Both the position numbers and the translations under genes were made by a program. A stretch of DNA of 64,000 nucleotides from Eledone cirrhosa (taxonomy: Eukaryota), in assembly GCA_964016885.1 (NCBI GenBank), contig OZ024751.1:10664001-10728000 (forward strand), in the 5' to 3' direction. How positions within the stretch are numbered: the stretch's first letter is position 1; each line of letters starts with the position of its first letter. A model generated the notes under the pieces. That model made no database searches, was not told the origin of the DNA, and saw only the letters and a list, made by a program, of their open reading frames with translations. This document shows, in pieces, positions 27,587-41,200 of this stretch.

Positions 27587-29330
27587 CATCAGTAACAGCA
27601 ACAAAAGCAACAACAATAACATCCGTAACAACAACAATAACAACAATAACAGCAGTAACAACAAAAGCAACAACAATAACATCAGTAACAACAACAATAA
27701 CATCAGTAACAACAACAAAAGCAACAACAATAACAGCAGTAACAACAACAATAATAGCAGTAACAACAACAAAAGCAACAACAATAACAGCAGCAACAAC
27801 AACAATAACAGCAGTAACAACAACAAAAGCAACAACAATAACAGCAGCAACAACAACAATAACAGCAGTAACAACAACAAAAGCAACAACAATAACAGCA
27901 GCAACAACAACAATAACAGCAGTAACAACAACAAAAGCAACAACAATAACAGCAGTAACAGCAACAATAACAGCAGTAACAACAACAAAAGCAACAACAA
28001 TAACAGCAGTAACAGCAACAATAACAGCAGTAACAACAACAAAAGCAACAACAATAACAGCAGCAACAACAACAATAACAGCAGTAACAACAACAAAAGC
28101 AACAACAATGACAGCAGCAACAACAACAATAACAGCAGTAACAACAACAAAAGAAACAACAATAACAGCAGTAACAGCAACAATAACAGCAGTAACAACA
28201 ACAAAAGCAACAACAATAACAGCAGTAACAGCAACAATAACAGCAGTAACAACAACAAAAGCAACAACAATAACATCAGTAACAGCAACAATAACAGCAG
28301 TAACAACAACAATAACAGCAGTAACAACAACAAAAGCAACAACAATAACAGCAGCAACAACAACAATAACAGCAGTAACAACAACAAAAGCAACAACAAT
28401 AACAGCAGCAACAACAACAATAACAGCAGTAACAACAACAAAAGCAACAACAATAACAGCAGTAACAGCAACAATAACAGCAGTAACAACAACAAAAGCA
28501 ACAACAATAACAGCAGCAACAACAACAATAACAGCAGTAACAACAACAAAAGCAACAACAATAACAGCAGTAACAACAACAATAACAGCAGTAACAACAA
28601 CAAAAGCAACAACAATAATAACAGCAACAACAACAATAACAGCAGTAACAACAACACAAGCAACAACAATAACAGCAGCAACAACAACAATAACAGCAGT
28701 AACAACAACAAAAGCAACAACAATAACAGCAGTAACAACAACAATAACAGCAGTAACAACAACAAAAGCAACAACAATAACAGCAGTAACAACAACAATA
28801 ACAGCAGTAACAACAACAAAAGCAACAACAATAACAGCAGCAACAACAACAATAACAGCAGTAACAACAACAAAAGCAACAACAATAACAGCAGCAACAA
28901 CAACAATAACAGCAGTAACAACAACAAATGCAACAACAATAACATCAGTAACAACAACAATAACAGCAGTAATAACAACAAAAGCAACAACAATAACATC
29001 AGTAACAGCAACAATAACAGCAGTAACAACAACAAAAGCAACAACAATAACAGCAGTAACAACAACAATAACAGCAGTAACAACAACAAAAGCAACAACA
29101 ATAACAGCAGCAACAACAACAATAACAGCAGCAACAACAACAATAACATCAGTAACAACAACAATAACAGCAGTAACAGCAACAAAAGCAACAACAATAA
29201 CAGCAGTAACAACAACAATAACATCAGTAACAGCAACAATAACAGCAGCAACAACAACAATAACATCAGTGACAACAACAAAAGCAACAACAATAACAAC
29301 AGCAACTGCAACAATAACAAAAGTAGTTCC
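27586..29330. repeat. NNA-triplet minisatellite (ACA/GCA/GTA/ATA/AAA) with ~57-bp higher-order unit
   Basis: Reads TITAVTTTKAT... on the + strand. Almost every triplet ends in A. Confidence 0.9.
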
Positions 29331-30114
29331 AACAATAAGATTCAAGCAAGTTTTTCTGTCCTTGATATTACAGCAGATGCTAGAGTTTCCCAGCAATTCT
29401 TCAATGAAGGGGCTGACATATTTTTTCAAGACTCTCTTATACTGGAGCGCAATAATAATACTGAAGGACCTTGTTGTCACCATCAACCACGATGACATCG
29501 TATAAGGGACACCTTCACTTAATTTCCTCTTCTTATAACATTAGCATCCTCATTCTTGTACTCCTTTTATATCCTCCTCCTGCTTTTTCTCTTCCGCTCC
29601 CCCTCCTCCTCCTTCTTCTTCTTCTCCACCCCTCCTCCTCTTTCTCCCCCTTCCTCCTCTTCGCCCTCCGCCCCCCTCCGTCCCCCTCACCCTCTTCTTC
29701 TTCTTCTTCTTCTTCTTCTTCTTCTTCTTCTTCTTCTTCTAATTATTAATTGTTATTGTTGTAATGGTTATTCTAATGTTTACTTGCTGTTGCTGCTGCT
29801 GTTGTTGTTGGTGTGGTTGCTGATGGTGTTGTTGTTGTTGTTGTTTATGCTGCTGGTCCTGTTTGTAAATCAGTGTTTTATCAACAACAAAACATGTACA
29901 TATCACTTATTTTAGAAGAGCAACCATCATTCAAGGAGAAAGAAAGAGAGAGAATGTGTGTGTGTGTGAGAGATAGATAGATGGATAGATAGATACATAG
30001 AGAGTGAGAGAGATGGGTGTTTTTAATTCTAAGGGTCAATGGAGTGTTATTAAATATAGAAAAATCTAACCCCTATTACTAACCTTTGTTATTTACGTAA
30101 ATACAATATACACG

Positions 30115-30449
30115 TACATGTGTGTGTGTGTGTATGTGAGTTTGAATCCTTAAAACTCGAGAAGTACTCAACCGACTTTTTTCAAACTTAACATGTGTGT
30201 TACTTATGTTTCAGGGAGTGATATGCACATAAAAATTCAACTTTTTGATCCCCTAGGGCCCGCATTAGGTGAAAACCTGCATTTTCCCTGCTTCATCGAG
30301 GAAAATCTAAAAGATTATCCAGCCATCAGAGTATTAGGTTTATTTTCTTTACATATTGTCCTGGCATGCAGTTTTTCCACGATTAGGTCTGCTGGCGGCT
30401 CGCGTTCCAAAATACCTTATCCCGTGCAACGCCGGATATCACTGCTAGT
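30115..30449 (-). mobile_element. Second Helitron-like non-autonomous family
   Basis: Ends cccgtgcaacgccgg..tcactgCTAGT (hairpin plus CTAG). Confidence 0.55.
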
Positions 30450-30473
30450 TATATATATATTTGTATATATATA

Positions 30474-30650
30474 TAATTGTTTCTACTTTTGGCACAAGGC
30501 CAGCAATTACCCAGTGCATTACTGGTACTTTATTTTATCGACCCCGTTAGGATGAAAGGCAAAGTCAACCTCGGCGGGATTTGAACTCAGATCGTAAAGA
30601 GACGTAACTATGCTGGAAAGCATGGCGTCCGACCCTCTACCGATACTGCC
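30474..30650 (-). mobile_element. SINE family 1
   Basis: Reverse complement of the family 1 sequence. Confidence 0.85.
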
Positions 30651-30931
30651 AAATAATTTTTATATATATATGTATATATATTTGTATATATATATATTTG
30701 TGTATATATATATATTTGTATATATATATATAATAAAAAATATATATGTATATATGTATATATATATAAATATATATATTTGTATATATATATATAATTA
30801 TATATATAATGAAATATATATATGTATGTATGTATATATATATAATATATATATATATAATATATATATATATAATATATATATATATAATATATATATA
30901 TATAATATATATATATATATATAATATATAT

Positions 30932-30995
<64 letters not shown>

Positions 30996-31585
30996 AGAGT
31001 ATTGAAGTTTGCTTGAAGCATTGTGGAATAATAAGATATATTTTCTCTAGGTCATAGATAATAACACGAGATAGAGTTACCTTGGGAGAGATTTAATTGT
31101 CCCTATATTTCGGATTCACATCCATCAACTGGGGTTTTTCCGGGAGGTGGTGAAGGTTATCTGTCGGATAGGAACGATACGTGTCCTCTACTGTTCGTTG
31201 TTTTCAATATGTTCGTTGTTTTGAATATTCAAAACAACCAACAGCAGAGGACACGTATCGGTCCTATCCGAGAGATACCCCCCCTCCCCCGGAAAACCCC
31301 CCAGTTGATGGATGTGAATCCGTAATATAGCGACAATTAAATCTCTCCCAAGGTAACTCTATCTCGTGTTATTATTTTTATTTTTTACGCTCTTTCCTAC
31401 GTTCTTCTACACACTATACATCTCATTCTACATTCACTTACATCTCTCTCTTCACCACTGGATCTTGTTACCCGGAGAATTACCCATCTCCATTGTTGAG
31501 GCTTCCAAAACGACCTAAAGAAAAAAAAATATATATATTATAAAAATATATGTGTATATGTACACAGATAAATCCACCAATTAAT

Positions 31586-31654
<69 letters not shown>

Positions 31655-32399
31655 ATATATAAGATCAAAAGATGGTTAAATGAGTTCCATGTATATTATT
31701 ATGCGCATTTCAAAAACAAATATCATTATTCAATAATATTTGTGTTTTCATCAGATAAAATAGGAAGACATGATATGAAGGTTAAAAATACTTGTAGATA
31801 GTGCAGTTTTAAATCAACATATGAAAAGTAGTTTTAGATTGATGTGTGATATTGTGGAAAATTTTTTTGAGGGGGGGGGGGGGGACGTTGGAAAGGATGA
31901 AAAAGAGGAGGAGATGAGAGTAAAAAGTGGAGGGGGAAGAGTATAATGAGGAAGGATTAGATAGGAGGAGAGATGGGTGATAGAGAAAGAGAGATAGCTT
32001 TTATAACTGAGAAAAATATATTGTTTTACATAGAGAGGTTGAAAAATCGTTGGAAGATAATGTATAAATTAAAAGAATTTGAAAATTAACTAAGAGAAAA
32101 ATAATGTAAAGTTAAGGTTTGTATATTGAAGGGTTTAATCATTATATATATATATATATATTAAAATATAAATATTAATAAAATAGATTTTCTTATCAAA
32201 AGAACATCTATTTTATTAATATTTATATTTTAATATTAATAACTCCGGAAAATTATTTTTTCGTAGAGAACTTCCAATCTACTGTAAAACTCATTCTTTG
32301 ACATAATCATTGAATATTGTTTAACACTTTAATATATATATATATATAAAATGAAATATATATATGTATATCTATATTTAAATGCATGTATGTATATAT

Positions 32400-32453
<54 letters not shown>

Positions 32454-32515
32454 TATGTACACGTACATACATATATGTATACCGACGTACGTTCAACAAT
32501 CTGGCAGGAAGGTAT

Positions 32516-32558
32516 ACGTTGCTGACGATAGCTAACAAGCTTGAAACTAGTACAGCGT
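32516..32558 (+). ncRNA. Minimal type I hammerhead ribozyme
   Basis: acgttg CTGACGA tagctaacaagctt GAAA cta GTA|cagcgt. Helix III is the palindrome ACTAGT. Confidence 0.8.
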
Positions 32559-32823
32559 TCCTTTGTCAGTGTTGAACAAACGAGCAACGGTGGCTGCTAG
32601 ACACTACGGCTTAATACGGGATGTTTGTTTACAAACACACCGAGCATTATAATAAATATTCGGTGAATCCATACGTGCATATATATATGTGTGCATGTAT
32701 GTATATATATATATATACATACTACTGTACGTCGGTATACATATATGTATGTACGTGTACATACTTATATTTAAGTAACAGCCGTGCTGGGAGTGGGAAA
32801 TGAAGTGTCGTTTCATTTTTTCC

Positions 32824-32889
<66 letters not shown>

Positions 32890-32934
32890 ATATTAAATAA
32901 TCTTCTTTGCTTTTTCTAGATTCTCTATTTTATT

Positions 32935-33261
32935 CTAGAGGCCTTTAAGGCACTCCTGGCCGACAAATTGGTTTATTTTGAATTTAATGTTTTGTATAAT
33001 AGAGATTACTTCATTTTGAAACTCGGCTAGTAGTTTGTGGCTAGGTGGATTCTTTTTAGATTTGAAGATAAGATGGAAGTTGTAACTGGATTTATTTATT
33101 TTGTCCTCCGATTTCTTTTTATCAAAATGGAAAGCACGCCATCTAAGTCTTCGTATAAAGGAGTCAGATTTCTCTATGAGTTGTTTTAGATATATTTTAT
33201 TTTTAGAGAAGAAGAAATGTTTAGAGAAGAAGAAACCGTAAAGAATTCCATTATTTTGCAA
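32935..33261 (-). pseudogene. Probable N-terminal region of a Penelope-like RT ORF
   Basis: YLKQLIEKSDSFIRRLRWRAFHF..FKSKKNPP..L.EF.N....I.NIKF resembles invertebrate PLE ORF N-termini (recalled pattern, not searched). It lies just downstream of an HHR-bearing pLTR on the same strand. Confidence 0.65.
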
Positions 33262-33299
33262 TCAGTTATAGTTTAAAGTGCTCAACATTAAAGGAGCTA

Positions 33300-33668
33300 T
33301 TTATAAGCAAAAGGGATATTCAATTTGTTGGTAATTCAAGAAATATAAATGTTTATAACTGATTCAGAGCACTCGACAGATTTTCTGGAGTATAATATTC
33401 AATGATATTAAATAAATGGAAACTATATTTATAAAACCATATTTATTTTATTATATATATTTCAAGGGTACCAAAACTGTGGTACGCTCTCATCAGATAA
33501 AATACAAAGGTTGTTTTATAAATTTTGACATAATCAAGAAAATTGGCATAACCAAGAAAATTGAATATCATTGAATACTATACCCCAGAAAACTTGTCGA
33601 GTGCTCTGAATCAGTTATAAACATTTATATTTGTTGAATTACCAACAATTTGAATATCCCTTTTGTTT
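33300..33668 (-). mobile_element. PLE pseudo-LTR with partial inverted copy
   Basis: 33300-33410 is the inverted complement of 33560-33668. HHR at 33444-33504. A further truncated copy lies at 60215-60420. Confidence 0.75.
33444..33504 (-). ncRNA. Type I hammerhead ribozyme
   Basis: tattttat CTGATGA gagcgtaccacagttttggtaccctt GAAA tatat ATA|ataaaata. Confidence 0.78.
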
Positions 33669-33681
33669 ATATATATATATC

Positions 33682-33947
33682 ACCTTGATCACCTTGACCG
33701 ACCAGTCTGTCGGGCGCCAATCGGCGCCGCTGGTCACAGCACGTCGTGCTGTTTTAGCATTAAGATAACGCCATCCCATTGGCTGGGCGGGCGGGCAGGC
33801 CGGTACTCATTTCTACAGCTGAGTAACTGGAGCAACGTGAAATAAAGTGTATTGCTCAAGGAAACAACACATCACCCGGTCCGAGAATTGAACTCACAAC
33901 CTTTCGATTCGAAGCCCAATGCTTTAACCACTAAGCCATGCGCCTTC
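33682..33947 (-). mobile_element. SINE family 2-related
   Basis: Same tRNA head and gagcaa.acactttatttcacgttgctccagtt core. Confidence 0.75.
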
Positions 33948-33967
33948 ACACACACACACACACACAG

Positions 33968-33999
<32 letters not shown>

Positions 34000-34189
34000 G
34001 CATTACACGCACGCAAACACACATATATATAGTTATGAAGGTGATGATGACTATGATGTTGATGATAATGAGGATGTTGATGCTGATGAGGACGATAACA
34101 TATCTACTTTAACCAAAATAAAGAAATCTATACAATCACAATATATTATTCTCATTATATTAAGTCCAGTTGTATTATAATATATTATA

Positions 34190-34378
34190 GGCAGTGGATT
34201 AGCAGTATCGGTAGAGGGTCGGACTCCATGCTTTGCAACATAGTTACGGCCCTTTACGGTCTGAGTTCAAATCCCGACGAGGTTAACTTTGCCTTTCATC
34301 CTTACGGGGTCGATAAAATAAAGTACCAGTAATGTACTGGGTAATTGCTGGCCTTGTGCCTAAAGTAGAAACAATTAT
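34190..34378 (+). mobile_element. SINE family 1 (3' fragments also at 35518-35592 and 19725-19790)
   Basis: Same sequence as other family 1 copies. Confidence 0.85.
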
Positions 34379-35462
34379 CCTCATTATATCTAAGACCAGT
34401 CATATTACAATACATTATCCTCATTATATCTAAGACCAGTCATATTACAATACATTATCCTCATTATATCTAAGACCAGTCATATTACAATACATTATCC
34501 TCATTATATTTAAGACCAGTCATATTACAATACATTATCCTCATTATATCTAAGACCAGTCATATTACAATACATTATCCTCATTATATTTAAGACCAGT
34601 CATATTACAATACATTATCCTCATTATTCTAAGACCAGTCATATTACAATACATTATCCTCATTATATCTAAGACCAGTCATATTACAATACATTATCCT
34701 CATTATATCTAAGACCAGTCATATTACAATACATTATCCTCATTATATCTAAGACCAGTCATATTACAATACATTATCCTCATTATATCTAAGACCAGTC
34801 ATATTACAATACATTATCCTCATTATATCTAAGACCAGTCATATTACAATACATTATCCTCATTATATCTAAGACCAGTCATATTACAATACATTATCCT
34901 CATTATATCTAAGACCAGTCATATTACAATACATTATCCTCATTATATCTAAGACCAGTCATATTACAATATATTATCCTCATTATATCTAAGACCAGTC
35001 ATATTACAATACATTATCCTCATTATATCTAAGACCAGTCATATTACAATACATTATCCTCATTATATTTAAGACCAGTCATATTACAATACATTATCCT
35101 CATTATATCTAAGACCAGTCATATTACAATTCATTATCCTCATTATATCTAAACCAGTCATATTACAATACATTATCCTCATTATATCTAAGACCAGTCA
35201 TATTACAATACATTATCCTCATTATATCTAAGACCAGTCATATTACAATACATTATCCTCATTATATCTAAGACCAGTCATATTACAATACATTATCCTC
35301 ATTATAATTAAGACCAGTCATATTACAATACATTATCCTCATTATATTTAAGACCAGTCATATTACAATACATTATCCTCATTATATCTAAGACCAGTCA
35401 TATTACAATATATTATCCTCATTATATCTAAGACCAGTCATATTACAATACATTATCCTCAT
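34374..35462. repeat. Minisatellite, 40-bp unit TTATCCTCATTATATCTAAGACCAGTCATATTACAATACA, about 27 copies
   Basis: Head-to-tail near-identical units with no spacers. Confidence 0.95.
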
Positions 35463-36478
35463 GTGAGGATTAAGAACAGCTATATCACACTATTATTCTC
35501 ATTATATCTAAGTTCAGTTACGGGGTCGATAAAATAAAGTACCAGTTATGTACTGGGTACTTGCTGGCCTTGTGCCAAAAGTAGAAACAGTTATATCTAA
35601 GTCCAGTTATATTACAATATATCATTCTCATTATAACTTAGTCCAGTTATTTCACAATATATTATTTTCATTATATTTTACTCCAGTAGGTAACAGTTAA
35701 TTCATTTCATTTTCAATCTCGAAAAACAAAATATTACGAAAAAAGAAAAAAATCATCAAAAACAAAAACAAAAACAAATAAAGAAAAAAAAATCAGAAAA
35801 AATAAAAACAAAGAAAAAAAATCACAAAAATCAAAAACAAGCAATAACAACAATAACAACCACTTAGAAATGTCTGGAAGATAAACGAATAATTTAGCTG
35901 TGTATGTATGTGTGTATGTGAGTGTGTGAGTGTTTATGTGTGTGAGTGTGCGTGTGTGTGCGTGTGTGTGCGTGTGGATGTTCGTCTGTGTGTGTGTCTC
36001 TGTCTGCGTCTGCATGTCGTCTGTGTGTGTGTGTGTGTGTGTCTCTCTGTCTCTGTCTGTGTGTGCATGTCGTCTGTGTGTGTGTGTGTGTGTGTATGTG
36101 TGCATGTCGTCTGTGTGTGTGTGTGTGTCTGTCTCTCTGTGTCTGTCTCTCTGGGTGTGTCTCTGTGTGTATGTGTGTGTGTATGTGTGTGTGTATGTGT
36201 GTGTCACTGTATTACTCTGTTTATCTCTGTAGAATTGTGTTTGTTTTATTTTTACAATTTCATTTATATAAATGAGGACGCCAGACTTTAGTTTGTTTAT
36301 ATTAGACGTGAGGCTGTCTGTCTGTCTGTCTCTCAAAGATAGTAGACGTCTTTCACATCGGCTCTTCGATTTTGAATCACTACTTGCGTGTATTATTTGA
36401 ATTTTGTCATTATTGTTGACTCCAACCCCTCGTCTGGGACTGTAGACGTAGAGTAAATATATTTTCGCCCCTTTTGGG

Positions 36479-38232
36479 GTGAGAATCTTTAATTTTAAAA
36501 TGTTTATCGATATCGTTGAAAACGAGGAAGCCATATTGCAAGCTAACGCCACGCCCACCAAAAAAAAAAGCGAGAAAGAGGGAACAACAATTCAAACTGT
36601 TGAACAACGCCTCCTCTCGAATGGAAAAAAGACTATTAATTCGACTGAAAACCCAAATTTTGAAAAAAATAACAGGGAAAAAATACCACAAAAGATGAAA
36701 CCAACAACATTGCAACAACAACCAACAATGAACGAAGCGAAAGCAACAAAGACATCAAAGTTTCTTTTGCCCAAACGGTCAGGAAAGCTATCGAATACAA
36801 GCCCATAGACATTACTAACGCTAAGCAGAACTTGCTAAATGCCAGAAAATACGTATCTTTTGGGGAGGATGGTTCTTTTACGATCAACTCCCCAGAAGAA
36901 GTTCGTCAACAGGTATATAGGAATACCATAACCTTCAGGACTATATCCAACGCAATAAGAAAGCCAGCTCAATTGACAGAAAGTCAAATTGAGCTGGTTC
37001 TGAAAGACATAAAAAAAGACATACTCTTTATTGAAAGCGGAAAGCTGTATGCCAGCATTATGGTCCGAATGAAGGACGAAAGGCTGGCTCAAAAATGCTC
37101 GGTGGCACCTATAGTGTTACCACAATACACCTTTTTCCTCACGTATAAAGGAAGAAGAACATAAATACTAAGAATGTGGAGCTCAACGCCAGAAGTAAAC
37201 ATCTGGTCCGTCCTGACAGGATTCACGGACCTAGAAAAGGACATCCTAATATCAGCAGGTGAGTCCACCAGTGGACTGTTCGGGGGGAAAAGTCTGGAGG
37301 TTCTCTTACAGATGACACCTGAGAGAATCGCCGGAATACCCGACCGAGTACTACTGGATGGTCGAACCTTTATTAATATTACGGTGGAAGGCAGGAGGCC
37401 CTCATGTTACCACTACGCTGGCAGAGGTCACCTGAGGACTGCCTGCCCTCTACTAACAACAAAAAAACCACTGCTACAAACACCACAACAACAACAAAAA
37501 CAACCAGCATCACCACCACAACAACAACAAAAACAACCAGCACCACCACCACAAAAACAACAAAATACACCACCATCACCACCACCACCACAACGCCAAC
37601 AAAAACCAACAACATCACCTCCAGCACCACCACCACAACAACAACAGCTCAAGAAAACAACCCAAAACACGGTCCCACCCAGCCCCTCCCCACAGAACAC
37701 AAATGCAAAAACACACGCAGTGCAAACACAACCTGGCAATATACCCCTCCCCTCCAATACGGAAGAGGAGCTCATATCCTCGGAAGACGAGGGGGCTCCC
37801 TTCCAAAAAGTCAAAAGGAAAAAACGTACACACACCACACAAACAAAAATAACTCCACTTGACAACACAACACAGACAACAAAACGCAAGCTCACTCAAG
37901 AACATCAAGCAAAAACAAACACAACACAAAAACTCTACACATACATAAAAAAAAACAATAAAAACTTAACAGAAAAAATAGACAACAACCCTTCGGTACA
38001 AACCGAAGGGCCGAATTTTGCAATGGCAATGGGACTCCCTAACCTGAAAATGGTGAAAGTCCCACTTGACATTTTCAAAACATTGAAAAACATTTACCCT
38101 GAGGACGTGGGGCCAGTCAACCGCGTCCTCCTGAAAGGTTTTCCCCTCCCCTCCTCAAACACCCACACAATTCCAAACACCCCAACCCCTCCACACACTA
38201 ATACCCCCTCCCAACCCCCCCATGGAAACTGA
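36479..38232 (+). pseudogene. Tx1-type ORF1 (gag-like) with degenerate zinc knuckle and Pro/Gln/Thr-rich linker
   Basis: Three consecutive ORFs. VEGRRPSCYHYAGRGHLRTACP is CX2CX4HX4C with one C->Y change. Basic FQKVKRKKR motif. Confidence 0.75.
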
Positions 38233-38286
38233 GCAGCCCGGACCCCGGGACGCAGAGAGGTAAGTGCCTCTTTCTTTACCACCAAC

Positions 38287-41200
38287 ATGGCTGTGTTAAG
38301 AGTAGGTTGTCTAAATGCGCGTGGCCTGGGCTCACCTTGGAAGCAAGCTAAACTTCTAAATGACCTCAGGTCACGATGTATAAATGTGATGGTTATTTGC
38401 GAGGCCCGGATCAGCAGCGTGCGACAACTAGCCCCCACCTTTGATGACTTTGAGATGCACGCATCTCTCTGTCAGCCCGGAGGTGGGGGTGGGATTGTCG
38501 TTCTGATGCAAAAACATCTGGGTCTCGCTACACAAACGGTACACTTTGACCCGGAGGGTCGACTCGTGGTTCTGGACCTTGGCAGTGGTGAAGGCGAAGC
38601 CTTTAGGCTTGTCGCCGTTTACGCCCCCTTTGGGGCAATGTGGTCGGACTTCTTCCATCGTCTGGAGACTTTTCTAGGGACGTCCCGCTCCTTGCTTTTA
38701 GTGGGGGACTGGAATGGTATCCTAGATGCACGTTGGGACTATGTAGGGGCATGTCCCGATAGAGGGGGGGGGGTGTAACAGCCTCAAGGGGTTAATCGGC
38801 CGATTTGACCTGGCCGATAGATATCGACTAGATTTTCCGACTGTGCCAACCTGGACTTGGTCAAATAATAGCGGTCAATCTAGATTGTACCTAGATAGGT
38901 TCTTAGTTAGAATTAAGGATAGTGACTTTTTAAGTTGTCCAGAAATGCTCATGGTGGGCTATTCATACCACAAGTTAGTGACCTGCGTAGTCCACCTTGA
39001 TAGAACGCATAGGCAGGGACCCGGTTACTGGAAGCTCAACTTGTCCTTACCGGCAAGTAGAGCGTACAGGGACCGGATTAGAACCTTAGTTAAGGAGCGG
39101 TTGACGGGCGCCATCGTCAACAGCAGGTGGTGGGGCTCTCTAAAAAGAGAGATTAGAGTAGTTTCAATAGGAGTTAGTAAGGAGTTAGCCTCAGATAGAA
39201 ATATGAAGGAAAGGGAGTTGGTAGTTAATGTTGAAGAGGCAATGAGAAGCGGCAACGTGGCCAGAGTGCAAGCGTCGAGAACGGCCTTGAGCCAGTTCTT
39301 CGACGCGAAACACGAAGGCTGCGTTGTCCGAAGCAAAATACGTGGTCTGGGAAACGAGGGGACCAAAGCTGTTAGCTGGGCCCGCGTGACAGAATACAAA
39401 AGAGGGATTAGATCCATTATCCGGTCTTTGTGAGACCAGGATGGACGGGTGATCCTTGAACCTAAGCAAATGTGCGAGGCCTTTCAAAGGGACTTTGCCC
39501 GATTGTTCGTGAGGGGCGGGGGGCCGGTTGGAGATGTGGATTTCAGTCCATACCTCGACGGCCTACCGCGTCTTTCGGACAAAGAGGTGAGGTCCTGTGA
39601 CGGGCCGATCTCAGCTGCTGAAATAGGGGACGTGCTGAGCCTATGCGGCAAACGCAAATCTCCAGGGCTCGATGGTCTGCCCTACGAACTATATATTAAT
39701 ATGCCGGACTTGTTCCCCGATCTCCTCGAGGCGATCTACTGCAACTGGCAACAGAACGGGAGAATTCCCTGTTCTGTGAGGAAGGACGAGAACAAGGGGG
39801 ATGACATTAGTAATATTAGGCCCATAACTCTGCTAAATGCAGAGTTAAAGATTTTGGCCAAGGTGTTAGCGAAGAGGTTGGCGCTTGTCGTGGGGGGGGG
39901 CTGGTGGGAGATGCGCAGACATGCGCTATCTCGTCCAGGTCCATCTACGACAACCTCCACCTCATGCGATACATCAGAGAGAGGGTTGGGAACGAATCCG
40001 GCTTTGGTGGGGCCCTGATAAATTTAGATCAGTCTAAAGCGTTCGATGGTTACCTGGATGCGGTGCTAGCGGCGGCTGGGATCGGACCCGTTTTCAGGGG
40101 CTGGATCACTGCCATGCACAGCAGCCGCATCTGCTCTAGAGTCAAGGTGAACGGCTACCTCTCGGAGCCGTTCGAAATCACCTGCTCCATCCGACAGGGG
40201 TGCCCTCTCTCCTCCCTTCTGTATTTATTGGCTCTCGAGCCACTACTGCGGAAGTTGGAGTTGTTGCAGGGCATCCCTTTGGAACCGGGATTGCGCAAAG
40301 CGGTGTCGGCCTACGCCGATGACGTAACAGTAATGGTGTCGACCACCGCGGAAATCAAGGCAATCGGCACCTTACTGGAGGAGTACGAAAAGTTGACAGG
40401 GGCTAAGCTGAACCGGGACAAGTCAGTCGCTTTGCAACTCGGCGAGTAGAGGGGCAAACCGATGTCGTCCGGCGGTATCGTCGGACGGTGGACGGAGGGC
40501 CCGGTAAAGTTGCTTGGGGTCTGGTTCGGACCGGACCTCCAGGTGGAGAAAAACTGGGGTGAGGTGACAAATAGAGTGTTTGCACTGACCCGGAGTGCAA
40601 ACTATCCCTGAAAGGTCGGGCGGAGGTGGCGAACGCTTACATAGCGTCCGTCATCTATTACCGCTTGACTGTCGTGCCTTGCCCGGGTGAGATCCTCGCC
40701 AAAATGGAGCGCGCACTCTTTCACTTCCTTTGGAAGAAGGGGTCTCCCCTGGTGAGGAGATCCATCTGCTGTCAACACCCTTTGAAAGGAGGGCTGGGGA
40801 TACCGTGGCTAAAAATGCGTAAACACGCATTAAGGCTACGGCACCTCCAGGTATTCCTCACCGGTCAACCGGTGTGGGCCCCGTTTGTGACGCGAGCCTT
40901 CCAGATGCTCGTCTCGCTCACCGAGCTGCAGTCCTGGGTGAAGCAAAGACCGAGAAAACTGGGCGACTGGCACACCGAGTGTGCCCAGGCGCTCACGGCT
41001 CTCTGACAGGCGGACCCGGCTATCGGTGGAGACTCCACCTCGTCATTCTATAGAGGGCTGGTGGTTAGCAGGTGCGACGACGCCCTCGGAGAAACCCTAG
41101 GCATGGAGTAGGACGAACTGGTCAGCCTATTCGGTAGGACTTTCGGCCCGGGACCTATAGACAACTTCCAGAAGTCCTTAGCCTGGCAGTGCTACCGAGG

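Noticed and set aside
27533-29498. 600-aa poly-Leu and 642-aa Val/Ala-rich ORFs
   Set aside because: Alternative frames of a triplet minisatellite.
29335-29520. Possible decayed R4/Dong 3' end on the - strand (EELLGNSSI..KTCL)
   Set aside because: Similarity is too weak to call without a search.
34374-35462. CRISPR-like regular array
   Set aside because: Units are contiguous and near-identical with no unique spacers, there are no cas genes, and the context is eukaryotic.
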